Position numbers and translations under genes: made by a program. From assembly GCA_009859145.1 (NCBI GenBank), contig VRVR01000051.1:171155-235154 (forward strand): a stretch of DNA of 64,000 bases. Direction: 5' to 3'. Position 1 is the first letter of the stretch. Each line of letters begins with the position of its first letter. The notes under the pieces were generated by a model, which made no database searches, was not told where the DNA came from, and saw only the letters and a list, made by a program, of their open reading frames with translations. Below, one piece after another: positions 9,595 to 24,048 of the stretch. This DNA is from Andalucia godoyi And28 (Eukaryota > Protista > Jakobida).

Positions 9595-11012
9595 ATGGCG
9601 TCTCAGGGAGTGCGTAGGATAATTGAAGCGACGCTTCCGCATCTTGCGGAGCTGTGCGATCGAGGGTTGTTTTCGGGCGAGGAAGTGAAGCAGGTGATTG
9701 CGACGAGGACGCGTTTGGAGCACAAGATCCTCGGGAAAGTGAAGCCGCTTGTGTATACTGATTTTGTACGACTTCTTCAGTACGAACTGCGACTGGAGTC
9801 TCTGCGAAAGCTGCGGTCCAAGCGACTATTTATAGCGAAGAAGCACGACTCGGACTATGCGTTTGTGCGGCGGATTGTGTTCACGTTTGAGCGATTTTTA
9901 AAGAAGTTTCCGCTGTTGCCTGTTTTTCAGTCATATGCACAGTTCTCGAAGCGTGTGGGTGCACGCTCCGCACTGTCGCGACTGTACGGACGGCTTGTGC
10001 AGGCGCATCCGACGAGTGTGGATGCGTGGATGGAGGCCGGGAAGTGTGCCTGGGAGTCGCTCAGCGACCCGCAGATGGCGCGGCGGCTCTTCCTGCGAGG
10101 ACTCAAGATGGTCGGTGGAAGTGAGGAACACAGAGTGGGAGAGTTGTGGACGGAGTACGTCAAGTTTGAGCTGTTGTATGCGCAATTTGTCGCGCGGTCC
10201 ATCGACTCCGAGTCAGAAGATAAGATCAAGCTCAAGACCACAAAGACCAGAACAAGTCGAAAAGGAAAAGCCGGCCGCAAACGCTCGCGACAAGAAATGA
10301 TCGCGAAAAAGAACGAGCAGCAGGATGACGAGGACGAGGGCGAAGGCGAAGATGTGGAGGGCAAGAAGAAGACGGAGGGGAATGAGGATCAAGAATTGAT
10401 GGAGCAGAGAAGGAGAATTGCGAATGGACAGTTGGTGCTACTGGCGCTGAAAACGCTGGAAAAGAAAGAGTATGAGAATATAGTGTCGCCTTTGCTTGTT
10501 TCGACGCTCATGGAGGCTGCAAGCAAGTTTCCTGCGTTCCTGGCAGGTCCGGTGCTTGCGCATCTGGTGGAGATTGCGGCAGTCCGTGCACGCACTGCAG
10601 CGACTCAAAAAAAGGAAGCGTGGAGGAGAGGATTTATGGAAATCGTCGTCATTCGACATCCGCTGCAGACTCTCGAAGAAAGAACAGATCAAAGTGCTGC
10701 TGCTGATGACGATGATGAGCAAAAAGAAAGCACGCTGGATTCGCTGGTCCAGAACGCCGTTGAAAATCGTCTGTTTCGCGAAGTGTACAGTGTTCTTCGC
10801 GCAAGGAATGACCTTGCTCGCATCGAATCCGTCTTTTCTCCGTCATCCGACGTCTTTGATGTTGCAGTGGACGACCTGTCCGCTGCGCATGTCTTGGATC
10901 TTGTGCGGATCTATCGCGCAGAGGGCCGGTCATCTAGTGCTGTGGAAATCTTGAAGAAGGTGCTGTTCGCCTCCACCTCCACCTCCAGCTCCAGCTCCAC
11001 CTCCAGCTCCAT

Positions 11013-11043
<31 letters not shown>

Positions 11044-11736
11044 TCGAGCACGCGCTTTTCGTCGGAACCTGCGCTTCACGATGCGTTGTCCATGGAGTAC
11101 GTCTCGCTGCATCCGACCGACTCTCGGCGCCTGTTTGAATCGGCACCATGTGCACCCCTCTTTTTTGCAACCCTCGTGTCTTCACACTCTCTGCAGAGTT
11201 CTGCGCCGCAGCAAAACGTGCTGTCTGACGAAGTGTTCGTGAACGCGCTGGCACTCATTATGAAGCGATCGGTCAAGGACTCGGCGTTTCCGTGGGAGAC
11301 GGAGTACACTGCGGTTTCTGGGGCGTACCTCGGCTGGGCTCGAGCTTCGGGAGGTCTCGAGGGAATGCGGCGCGCGGAAAAGAATGTTCTTGGAATGCAT
11401 GCAAAGCAAGGGGTGTTGTCATCCATGCACAAAGGAACGGGCATCATGGTTGCTCCCCTCGCGCTTTTTGCAAAGATCACCGACATGGAGTCTTTGTTTG
11501 ATCCAGCGTCCGATCACCTTCGAATGCTTCTCTCGGTCGCTGTCCAGCACCATGGATCCGATTCTGTGCGAAATAGTCCCGAGCAGCTTATTGGACTGTG
11601 GGTCCGTGTCGTTCGAGCTAATCGGGCAGTCCATAAGCATGTTGATGCGTCGAATGCAGTCAAGAAGGCTCTTGCAGTGCTTACCAACCCCCGAGATTCC
11701 AAAAGGTTCCTTGACACGGTCAACATGGCCAGCTAG
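9595..11736 (+). CDS. UTP6: U3 snoRNA-associated protein 6-like (HAT repeats)
   Basis: N-terminus (LPHLAELCDRGLFSGEEVKQVI...DFVRLLQYELRLESLRKLR) matches the Utp6 N-terminal domain; HAT-like segments follow (HPTSVDAWMEAGK, ARRLFLRGL, LWTEYVKFELLY). Confidence 0.85.
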
Positions 11737-11900
11737 TCTTTGGGGGGTTTCTTTTTTTGTTTGCTTGCTTGCGTTCTTGCTTCGGCACTGAGCTCAAAAA
11801 AGCTACCAAAAGGTGGATTGTAAAAGCGGATCACTGCATTGTTGCAGCTGTACGACGAAAATGTCTTCTCTCTAGTCTCCGTGTGTGATGTGTTTGTTTA

Positions 11901-12746
11901 TCATCCGTAAGTGTAGATCATGTCCTTGGTGTATCCGAGGGACTCGAGAGCTGCGCGGATGGCCTGCATAGCCTTCAAAGGTCCGCAGACGACAATGTGG
12001 ACGCCCTCTGCAGGCGGCGGCATCGTGTCTTTGAGCAACGCCGCGTCGATTCTTCCGACCCGATTGTTCCACGCGTGCCTGTCCTCTTCTTTGACCCAGT
12101 CAACCGTGTATACAAGTTTGAAATGATCGTGGTTCTGCTGATACGAGTTGAGTTCCTCGGTCAAAACCATGTCGCATGGCTGCAGCGACGAGTACAAGAA
12201 TGTGATTGGGATGTTTCTGCAGCGCGGATCCGCAACGTCTACCTGCCCCTGCCCCTGCCCCTGCCCCTGCCCCTGCCCCTGCCGCAGATGATCATGATGA
12301 TGATACTGCATGACTTCGCGAGTAATTTGGATCATCGGCGATAACCCGGTGCCCATTGCAATAAGTCCAAGTGCGGTTGTATGCTCGGGATCGAGCTCGA
12401 ATCCCGCAATCGGTGCCTTGATTTCCACGACCGACTCATTTGGAATGAGCGTGTTTAAGAAATGCGACATTATGCCATTGTCATCGATCTTGATCAACAG
12501 CTCCACAAAGCCCGTCTGATGCGGACTCGAGATCGGTGAGTAGTATCGAACCACGTCTTCTCCATTAATCTTTGCTCGCAACGCAAGGTACTGCCCTGCC
12601 TTGCACTCGGTGGAGTCATCCGTCGGATTCTGAAAGCGAAACCGAAAAATCTTGATGCATTCCGAAACTCGCTCCGAATGATCAAACACAAGCGGCCGGA
12701 ACTCTGTGGGAACTACCCCAGAGTGCGATTCTCGGGTCGGCTGCAT
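11901..12746 (-). CDS. NADH-cytochrome b5 reductase-like flavoprotein (FNR family)
   Basis: GQYLAL, RYYSPIS (RxY[ST] FAD motif), ELLIK, MGTGLSPM (NAD-binding) and VCGP. Confidence 0.9.
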   Translation of the reverse strand: MQPTRESHSGVVPTEFRPLVFDHSERVSECIKIFRFRFQNPTDDSTECKAGQYLALRAKINGEDVVRYYSPISSPHQTGFVELLIKIDDNGIMSHFLNTLIPNESVVEIKAPIAGFELDPEHTTALGLIAMGTGLSPMIQITREVMQYHHHDHLRQGQGQGQGQGQGQVDVADPRCRNIPITFLYSSLQPCDMVLTEELNSYQQNHDHFKLVYTVDWVKEEDRHAWNNRVGRIDAALLKDTMPPPAEGVHIVVCGPLKAMQAIRAALESLGYTKDMIYTYG

Positions 12747-13341
12747 GGTTCTGTTTCTTCTTCTTCTTCTTCTTCTTCTTCTTCTCTCTCTTTAAATAAA
12801 AAACACTGTTGCTGTCCGCTATCTCTTCCAGCCGATAGTAATAAATACCTATAATTAAAAAAATACAAACCATAAAATAAACCAAAGATTATTGGGAAAA
12901 CACAGATTCTGGTTGATTTGGTTTGATTTTCGTTTCAGGCTATTTTTAGACATGACGCCTCAACTCAACTGCTGGTGAGAAAATCTGCTGTAAAAAAACC
13001 GGAAGATAACAACGTCCACTCACATCACACACACGTCACATGCATCAACTCTCTTCTGGATTGCTCCTGTGGAAGCGGAAGTCCAAATCAGGACGTTACG
13101 CACTTCCGCTGCATAAGGGAGCCGATCCTCTGGGGCTTCCGGCTCCCCCAAAGAATATCTGGAAATATATAAATAAATAAATAAATATATATATATAACT
13201 CGGGTTTTTACATTTTCCTTTTCAAAAACAAAAAAACATAATCATAATAGCATTTTCCAAGTTTTTTTCTTTCTTTTTTTTGAATATCAAATCTCTTTGA
13301 TAACCTCCCCCACCCCCCTCGCCTCGTCCTACGTTGCCACG

Positions 13342-13524
13342 ATGCACAAGACAGAGTCAAAGAACGCAACTGCAGTGGCTGCGCCCACCGTGCTCCCGAA
13401 AGGGACGTCGGACCAGCCAAGAAAACCCCATGCGGCGATCAACGAGAACCAGTCGTCGAACCACCGAGGCCCAACCGAGTTTGTCAAGCAGGGCAATTAC
13501 CAGCATCGCCAGAGCAACTCCTAA
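13342..13524 (+). CDS. Possible small hydrophilic protein (60 aa)
   Basis: ccacgATG context, ORF MHKTESK...QHRQSNS*, followed by an A-rich tail converging on the DUF1275 3' end; no homology recognised. Confidence 0.3.
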   Translation: MHKTESKNATAVAAPTVLPKGTSDQPRKPHAAINENQSSNHRGPTEFVKQGNYQHRQSNS

Positions 13525-13648
13525 TCCTTAGGCTACGCAACGTCTGTTGTGAACAATGTAAAAATAAAGAACAAAAAAGAATAAGAAAGAGCAGCACCAA
13601 CAACAAGAAAAGGAATTGAAGCCGAGAACCCCGTACAAGAATCGAACG

Positions 13649-14698
13649 CTACGATCGATGGGCTGGTGGTGGAGGACTGAGCAACTGTGCGTACATCTCA
13701 TCTCCAGGAGGCACGTAGCTTCCACCGCTGGGCTGCCGACTGTTCGTTGCGTTGCTGTTGTTATCGTCGTCGTCGTCGTCGTCGTCATCGTCGTCATTGT
13801 CATCCTGCAAGCTCTGCTCGCCGACGACAGAGTCTGGACGCGTGGAGTCTGAGGCCGAGTCTGATTTGAAGAGCCCAACTGCGACGATCTGGGCAATGCC
13901 CCCATCCTCGCGGAGCCTGCGTGACTTGCGCAGCTTGTATCGGATTCTGAGGCCGACGAGCACGAGGAACGCAAGGAACAGCACGCAGATCGCAGGGATG
14001 AGCGTGTACACCTGAATATGAAGAGTAGCGAAGGCGCCACACAAGGCGCCGGTCACAAAGGAAAAATAAACAGGTGCAAATAGCCGGAGCTTCCACGTGT
14101 TTCGAAAGTCCTTGTGGAAGAGCATGTTGCCGACGATGATGCCCATGTCCACTACGAGTCCGGTTACGTGGGACGTTCGGAGCATTGCTGAGGAGAACAT
14201 TGTAAAGATGCCGTTTTGAAGAGCGCTTGAAAACGCAATGAGAAACTCTGCAACCCAGAAGAATGGCGATGCTTCCTTTTCCGTCGTGGAAACACCTGCC
14301 GATACAAGAAATGCGGTCGCAACTGACAGGATCGCAGACTCGATTCCAAGCGCAAGGCCGTACCTTCTGCGAACATGAAATGCCTGGTTGCGCACAATTC
14401 CGCCCGCAAACACAGATCCAAAAAAGAAGCCGCAGAGTGCATTTAGCGAGTGGCCAAACAGCACTGTCGATGATCTTGCAATCCCAATCGACGCAGACGC
14501 AGAGTTTCCCGTCATGTGCGTCAGACCGCGGCCAATCCACATGATCGCAAACGCATTGATGTACCCCGCAACCAACGCAAGACTGCTCGCAATGACTACC
14601 ATCTGCAAAAACAAGCCTTCGGGAACCCCAGTCAACGCACCTGCTCTCATTTCCCGGTGTCGCCCTGTTGCTCCAGGCGTGTTCATTCCTCCAACCAT
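13649..14698 (-). CDS. DUF1275/YoaK-family multi-pass membrane protein
   Basis: VAGYINA, THMTGN, ALQNG and RTSHVTG motifs with about six hydrophobic segments; acidic low-complexity C-tail. Confidence 0.8.
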   Translation of the reverse strand: MVGGMNTPGATGRHREMRAGALTGVPEGLFLQMVVIASSLALVAGYINAFAIMWIGRGLTHMTGNSASASIGIARSSTVLFGHSLNALCGFFFGSVFAGGIVRNQAFHVRRRYGLALGIESAILSVATAFLVSAGVSTTEKEASPFFWVAEFLIAFSSALQNGIFTMFSSAMLRTSHVTGLVVDMGIIVGNMLFHKDFRNTWKLRLFAPVYFSFVTGALCGAFATLHIQVYTLIPAICVLFLAFLVLVGLRIRYKLRKSRRLREDGGIAQIVAVGLFKSDSASDSTRPDSVVGEQSLQDDNDDDDDDDDDDDNNSNATNSRQPSGGSYVPPGDEMYAQLLSPPPPAHRS

Positions 14699-14977
14699 AT
14701 CGCACGTGCCCGATCCTTCATGCAGTTTTTTTCCCCCCTAACCTCCTGAGCGGGTGGCGGACAGCCAAGAGCGCAGAGTCCAGAGTCCAGAGTTCAGAGA
14801 CGACAGGACAAATTCCCGTTGGATTTGTTTGCTCAAACAACAAAACAAAACAACAACACAAAACAACAACACAAAACAAAACAAACCCAAAAACATTATC
14901 AAAGGCAGGCAAAGCGGAGTCGGAGATTTCGGACCTGTCAAGCGGGCAAATTCAAATTCCCGCCTTCCTCTAATTGA

Positions 14978-17953
<2,976 letters not shown>

Positions 17954-18352
17954 GTTTTCTTCTTCTTCCCTTTATTTCTTCTTTCTCCTTTTGGGGCTGG
18001 TAAATTGTATTTTCTTGAAGCTAAAAGTGCGCAGGTTCCATCAGAGATTTTTCCACAGGGCGATGATATCTTGCCGTGTTCGGGAAAAGCAAACTAACAA
18101 ACAGACAAAAACAAAAACAGGAGGAAATGCCAATGAATCGCTTTGCAAACGTAAACGGCGTTCTTAGCAAGAAGCAAAAGAGAACAAAAAAAAAGCATGA
18201 GAGGGGAAAAAAGTGGCCGTTCGCTTTGCATCGGGAACGGTGTGTGAGCACACATCCAGCGCCCGTCGACAGGACATGCGAGCAACGAGACAAGAAAAGA
18301 AAGGCGAGGGAAAGAACAAAGAAGACAGGACTTCTTCCGTAAAAAAATCTGT

Positions 18353-20780
18353 TCAATTGATGTCCTGCTGAGGAAACGATCCAAATTGCTCGTTCCATTC
18401 CTTGTATCCGACAAGATCCTTCTGACTGACGCTGGCTCTGACCTGCTTAAACGCAGCCACAAAGTCGCACATTGAAACAGGCCGAACTTCGTCCGCGTTC
18501 ACCGTCGCGATGTCACCCATTGGCAAGCTTCGGATTGGCCCCAGTGCAGCTTCTGCACACAGAGCTCGAATGTCGGCACCGGAGTATCCAATGCTTCGTT
18601 GCACAACGCTGTCCCAGTCAGTGTCCTTCAGGTCGTTTGATTGAGATCGGAAAAGCCGGCGTACCAGTTGCCGCCGAGCATCGTCGTCAGGCAAGGGAAT
18701 ATACAATCTCTTGACCAGCCGACGTCGGGCGGCTTCATCTAGTTCCTGAGGCCGATTTGTCGCCCCGATAACGAGCACTCGATCCTCGCCATTGCCTCCT
18801 GTTATTTTGAAACAGCACGTAAGTAATCGTTAGAAGTGGAAAACGGGGCGGCGGGGCGGCGGGGGGTGGGAAGAGATGCACCACAGACGAATACTTGCGC
18901 ACAGATACAAGTAACGTGCAATTTGACGGGGAAGGAAGCAGAGAGAAGGGAAAGCAACAACAAAGAAACATACCTGAGCTGGATCCAACGCCGTCCAACT
19001 GGACGAGAAATTCTGTCTTGACACGACGAGATGATTCCATATCTCCTTCGGACCTCTGGGACAAAAGCGAGTCAATTTCGTCAATAAACACAACAGAGGG
19101 CTGCAGGGAATGGGCGACTGCCATGAGGGTGCGAACCATTTTCTCGCCTTCTCCCACCCACTTGGACATTAGAGAAGATGCTGAAATGCTGAAAAAGCGC
19201 GCTCCCGACTCCGAAGCAATCGCCTTTCCAATGAGCGTCTTTCCGGTTCCCGGAGGTCCAAACAGCAAGAGACCTCTCGGCGGCCCACGGAGTCCCTTGA
19301 ATATGTCGGGTCGAAGCATTGGCCACACGACGATTTCTTTGACGCACTGCTTTGCGAAAACCAGACCCGCAATATCGTCCCACGACACTTGCGGAGTCTT
19401 ATCCACGACTTCCGATAGGATCAGCTCAATCATCCGTGGGTCAAGAACCCGCAGGCGCTCGGGAAGTTCATCGAGAGAGCCAAAGTAGGACTCGATCATT
19501 GGCCAGTCACTAGGGCCGTCCTTGGATTGCTGGTTGGATCCTTCGTCCAGTCCTGGAAGAGCTCGCTTCAGCATTTTCTTCGCAGGCGGCTCGTCTGGCT
19601 CGTCTGACTTGCGAGGAGCAACAAATCGTCTTGAGCCCAGCGTCTTCGATGTGACAGACTCTGCGCAGGCCGCTCCGCGACTACCAGATGTTGCGAAGTG
19701 CTCTCGGTTGGAGCTGGCCGAAGAAGGAGCCACAGCAGCAGCAGCAGCAGAAGAAGAAGAACAAGAAGAAGGTCGCAGTGAAGAATTGCTCGACGCTGGG
19801 GGCTTCGCGGATCCCAGTTTGGACCGCACATCGCTCGATAAACAGCTGAGAGCGGTCTTGAAACTCGTGCCAGACTGCAGTGCACCAGCATCCTCCTCCA
19901 TCCGTTCGTTCTGCTCGTTTCCCTTTCCGAAGCGCGCACCACCTGCATGCGAGTTGCCCACATTTGACGCCTGCAGGACCGGTGGATATGTATCCGTTGT
20001 CTGTGTCATCACATGCTTCCTCTCCGGTGCACTGAGCAGAGGAGAGCCGCTCGCAGCCCCTGGCGGGGCCCGCACCGACACCCCTACAGCACTGACTACC
20101 GGACGCACGGAGTTGCTGGTCAAATCCAGCGAAGGAGGCTTTCCGACAATCAAGGGCGGGCCAAAACGAGCCGCAGGCGCCGCGGAGAACGACGATGCGC
20201 GATCCGGAAGCCTCGCAGCACTTTCCCCCGCACTCGCCAAGTCTGCAGGTGGAAAACCGAGAGTGCGATCTGTGGCAGGACTAACAATCGCTGGTTTCGA
20301 AATCGCCGCTTTTGCAGATGGGGGCTTTGTAGCAAATGTGCTGGATGAGACTCCAGGCCGGGCATTCTGTGGAATGGACGCGATCAACGCCGCGAACTCG
20401 CTCCACAGTTCCTGCGTGCAGTTGACTTTCTCGGTGTTCTGCGACTCGGGAAGAGACTGCAGCAGTTTGTGGACTCGATGTCGTGCATAGAATGCACAGA
20501 TCGCAGCTTCTAAGTCCCACTGCAGCCGCGAATGGACGGGAAGTTTCGACTGCAGTTCGAACGTCGCATCGAGACACGCGACAAGCGAACCGAGCTTGTC
20601 ACACTCTGACTTCTGGGCGTCCTTCTCGGCGGTTGGAGAGGAGGAGGACGCAAGAATGGGTGAGGATGAGGCGGTCTTTTCCGTTCGACGGTTGCCATGC
20701 GGCGGTGATACTACGTCTGCGTGCAGCTTCGAGACGTGAAACCGAGCCGAAAGCCATTGACTGAGCAGCGAACCGGACAT
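18353..20780 (-). CDS. FIGNL1: Fidgetin-like 1 AAA ATPase; exons 20780-18974 and 18798-18353, intron 18799-18973
   Basis: [30 protein letters not shown] (Walker A), FIDEIDS (Walker B), [18 protein letters not shown] (SRH), and a Vps4-C-like tail. Phase-1 intron with GTATGT donor, CTAAC branch and AACAG acceptor joins the two track ORFs in frame. Confidence 0.9.
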
Positions 20781-21110
20781 CAATCCTTCTTGATTTTGAC
20801 TGCGCACGGGCTCGGGGATATATAGCGAGCGAGCGGACGAGGAAGAGCGAGAAAAACCGGCAAGCAACTCCAAAGATAGAATAAGAAGAAAAAGACAAAT
20901 GAATATTTTAACAGCAATAATAAACAAATCGAGTAAAAAAACCTGAAAAGTCAACACCATTCGAATACAAACAAGGATAAAACGTGTTTTTCCCACTCGG
21001 CAGAGATTTTGCGGGAAACTCAAGTGATAATGTCCTATTTTTTTGGCGGCGCAGCGGGGTAGGCAGCAGCAGACGTGATACTACGATCCAGAAGCTGATG
21101 GCGCTGGTGG

Positions 21111-21183
21111 TCCGCTATAGCTCAGTAGGTAGAGCGCTCGGCTGTTAACCGGTAGGTCCTAGGTTCGATCCCTAGTGGCGGAG
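21111..21183 (+). tRNA. tRNA-Asn (GTT)
   Basis: Acceptor TCCGCTA/TGGCGGA, D-arm GCTC/GAGC, anticodon loop CT-GTT-AA, T-arm CTAGG-TTCGATC-CCTAG; T-run Pol III terminator follows. Confidence 0.95.
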
Positions 21184-21336
21184 CTTCTTTTTTGTTTTCT
21201 TTTTGCGTCCGGAGCTCTCTTTTTATACAGCAGGTCACCGGGAAAAAAACAAAAAAAAAAACGAGTCCTTGGATATGAAGATATACGCACGTATTGTCAA
21301 TGAAAAAATAAAGAGGCAGATTTTTACACGGGAGCG

Positions 21337-22266
21337 TCAGGGACGACGAACGATGCGATCGATTTGTTCAATTACATTCATTTTAAACGGCGTTGTGGCA
21401 GGCTTTTGCGACCGAATGTACGTCCGTACGTCCGCTAAGATCCGTCTGCGGTCTGCATCGTCTGCGGGTGCATGGACAGCTTGATCGGAGTCGAGCTGCT
21501 GCATTGCGTCATCGGCAGCCAACATGCGCAGAACGTTCGTATAGTCCTCGTCTCGCGCACTTGCATTCAGTGTTGCAACGACACCAAACGACGTGAGTGG
21601 CGGCCACGTCACGTCCTTGTAGTAGATCGCACCCACAACGTCCCTCCAGTACACAGCATCAAGCGGCGCGGTCACCACGTACGCGCCGAACATCTCTGCA
21701 CGGCCTGCGTTTGCATAGAACGACTGGACCTCCGGCGCCGCGATTCTCTTCTTCACATGCTGGTTCATTCCTTGCAGAAACAACCTACCCGCATGTCGAG
21801 CCTTGTCAAACTGATCGCACATTCCGTGCCGCTGCATTTGGCCCTGTAACCGCCACCGCTGCAGTTGCTGTCGGCACGAGAGACAGTTCGAGGAGAACCA
21901 TTGTGCAGCTGCAAGTGATGCATCGACGCGGCTGGAATCCGCAGACCCGATCTTTTGAGATGCGAGAAAGTCGCTGCAGAGCGCCCATTCCGCTTGCCAG
22001 ATCTCGTGCTGCCTGTGCAGTGTCTCCTGAATGAACCCGTTCTCACGGACACGTGACTGCTCTGCTTCTTCATCCAGCCTCCTGCGGTGGAGACTATATG
22101 CGTACACTCCAAACCCCACCGCAGTCGCCGCAAATCCTGCTGCTGCTGCAACCAGCCCTTTTCTGCCGCGTCGCATAGGTCCGGTTGTTGTTGAGGATGA
22201 CCGATCGTCAGAGCCTACTCTCGTGAGCATCCGACGTACCTGCTTGCGTTTGCAGTATGTAAGCAA
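21337..22266 (-). CDS. Hypothetical protein with basic N-terminus and one N-proximal hydrophobic segment
   Basis: 309-aa ATG ORF; R/K-rich start, then LVAAAAGFAATAVGFGVYAYSL (TM-like), then a helical body; no family recognised. Confidence 0.6.
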   Translation of the reverse strand: MLTYCKRKQVRRMLTRVGSDDRSSSTTTGPMRRGRKGLVAAAAGFAATAVGFGVYAYSLHRRRLDEEAEQSRVRENGFIQETLHRQHEIWQAEWALCSDFLASQKIGSADSSRVDASLAAAQWFSSNCLSCRQQLQRWRLQGQMQRHGMCDQFDKARHAGRLFLQGMNQHVKKRIAAPEVQSFYANAGRAEMFGAYVVTAPLDAVYWRDVVGAIYYKDVTWPPLTSFGVVATLNASARDEDYTNVLRMLAADDAMQQLDSDQAVHAPADDADRRRILADVRTYIRSQKPATTPFKMNVIEQIDRIVRRP

Positions 22267-22475
22267 CGTATCGGTAAACAGTACACTGCACCTCTGATGT
22301 TGTTGATATCGAGCAAAGTTTCTTCATAAGCATGTTCTTAATTCAAATAAACATATAATTCATTTACAAGCCAATTAAAAAAAGTTGAAGTCCTTTTTTT
22401 ACGAGCGACAGGGTTTGCCGAGTTCGACGAGTAACGACTGGCGACGAGTCGACGACGCCGTGAGCTACTGGCGAT

Positions 22476-23976
22476 TCACCACTTGTTGGCAGACTGGCTG
22501 TACAATATCAGCGCGTTCCAAAAGACGTGTGAATGAAGATACTTTCGGAACAGTGGGGCAAACTCGGCAGGTACTATGCGTATGCCCAGTCGAAAGACAA
22601 CGAGGACGTTGGAGCAATCATCACTGTACAGCACCTTGTCGTACGCGTCGGCGCCGTCCGTGCTTGGCCCGACAACGACCAAGAATGGGTCGCATCGTTT
22701 GAGCCTCTCCAGGATCGAATGCAGTAGATCGATGAACAAGGACGAGGAGCGTCGAGGAATCTGAAACAGCAACACACGCCTGGAGCAAGTCGCCGGGGGA
22801 CTTGTTAGTATACAATCCCAGAACCGTGCGTCGCGTCTGGAGCGCTGCGAGTCGGAGTTGTCCAAGTCGTTGGACCACATCTCATTGACAGGAATCGCAG
22901 GAACACACAACAGGCCGCGAACAACACACAGATTTGGCGAATAGGCATCGATCATGAGACCGTCCAATTTTCGAACGGTCCTTGAAGCCTGTTCAACATC
23001 GTCCAACAACGCGTAGCTCACGGAGATTCCGTCTCCGGATGCCTTGGAAACCGGACCTCGAGAAAAGATATAGACTGGAGAGCGGGTCTCGTGCTCACGA
23101 AGCTGCAGTCGCTGCATCCCGCTGTCCAGTCGCGCATTGGACCTTCTGCAGTTTCCAAAGCGAGATCCAACGCAGCGAACGACGCTGGCCGTGGATGAAA
23201 CAAGGTGCTTTATAGAATTGCACCACGTTCCTCGTGGAAGCGGTGCGATCACCACAGTCCTCAAAAGACAGTCTAGCAACGTACCACGTCGCCAGCGAGC
23301 ACGATGACTCGGCAGTCTCATTCCCACTGAAAGTCGTTGTTGTTGTTGTTGCTGTTGGTGTTGCAGGAAGCAACATCCTCCACCATCATCCGACGATATC
23401 GAAGAGTGATCAGAGTACAATCCACCTTGCGGAGAACACGGATGACAGTCTCTCGGCGACCTAGACTGCTGTGCACATCCCGAGCGTTCAATGCCTACAA
23501 TCTTCCATCTTTCGAATTCTTCCGACACACTCATCCCGGAGCTCCAGGATCCTGATCCACTGCCCAACGATGACGGTGATGGCGATGACGATGGCGATGG
23601 CGATGGCGATGGCGATGAGGATGACGAAGAGGTCCCTGAGGAAGTAGTAGAAGATGGAGATTTTCCTTCGAGGTCGTGGTGATCGTCGTCGGAACCGTCC
23701 GCATCAGGATCGCCGCGCCACCCGCTCGGGTTGAACGACGCCTGCAATTGCACGAGTTGTCTAGAACTTCCAAAATCCGCAATCCCTTTGAGCACAATCA
23801 TGAACGAGCGCACGTCACGCGGATTGGGAACAATGCTTACAACCTCTGCAAAATCTGAAAAAAAAAGCGCGGGCTCTTTTCGCCAGATTTTGCTGGACTT
23901 CGCCCAACATCAAAGACGCCCCACGGGCTGGCCACACGACATGACCAAGAAATCGTACACGGAGAGTCACCGCCAT
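22476..23976 (-). CDS. Hypothetical protein, possibly with degenerate RRM-like segments; apparent 1-nt frameshift at A9 run 23858-23866
   Basis: ATG 23976 frame (MAVTLRVRFLGHVVW...KRARAFF) joins the 445-aa track ORF frame (SDFAEVVSIVP...) if the T9 run on the minus strand is T8. ISVSYALLDDVEQASRTVRKLDGLMI resembles RRM beta3-alpha2. Confidence 0.55.
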
Positions 23977-24008
23977 GTGCACACCCTAAGCATTCTACGT
24001 ACCAACAG

Positions 24009-24009
<1 letters not shown>

Positions 24010-24047
<38 letters not shown>
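24010..24047. repeat. (AAC)n microsatellite
   Basis: Direct reading. Confidence 0.95.
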
Positions 24048-24048
<1 letters not shown>

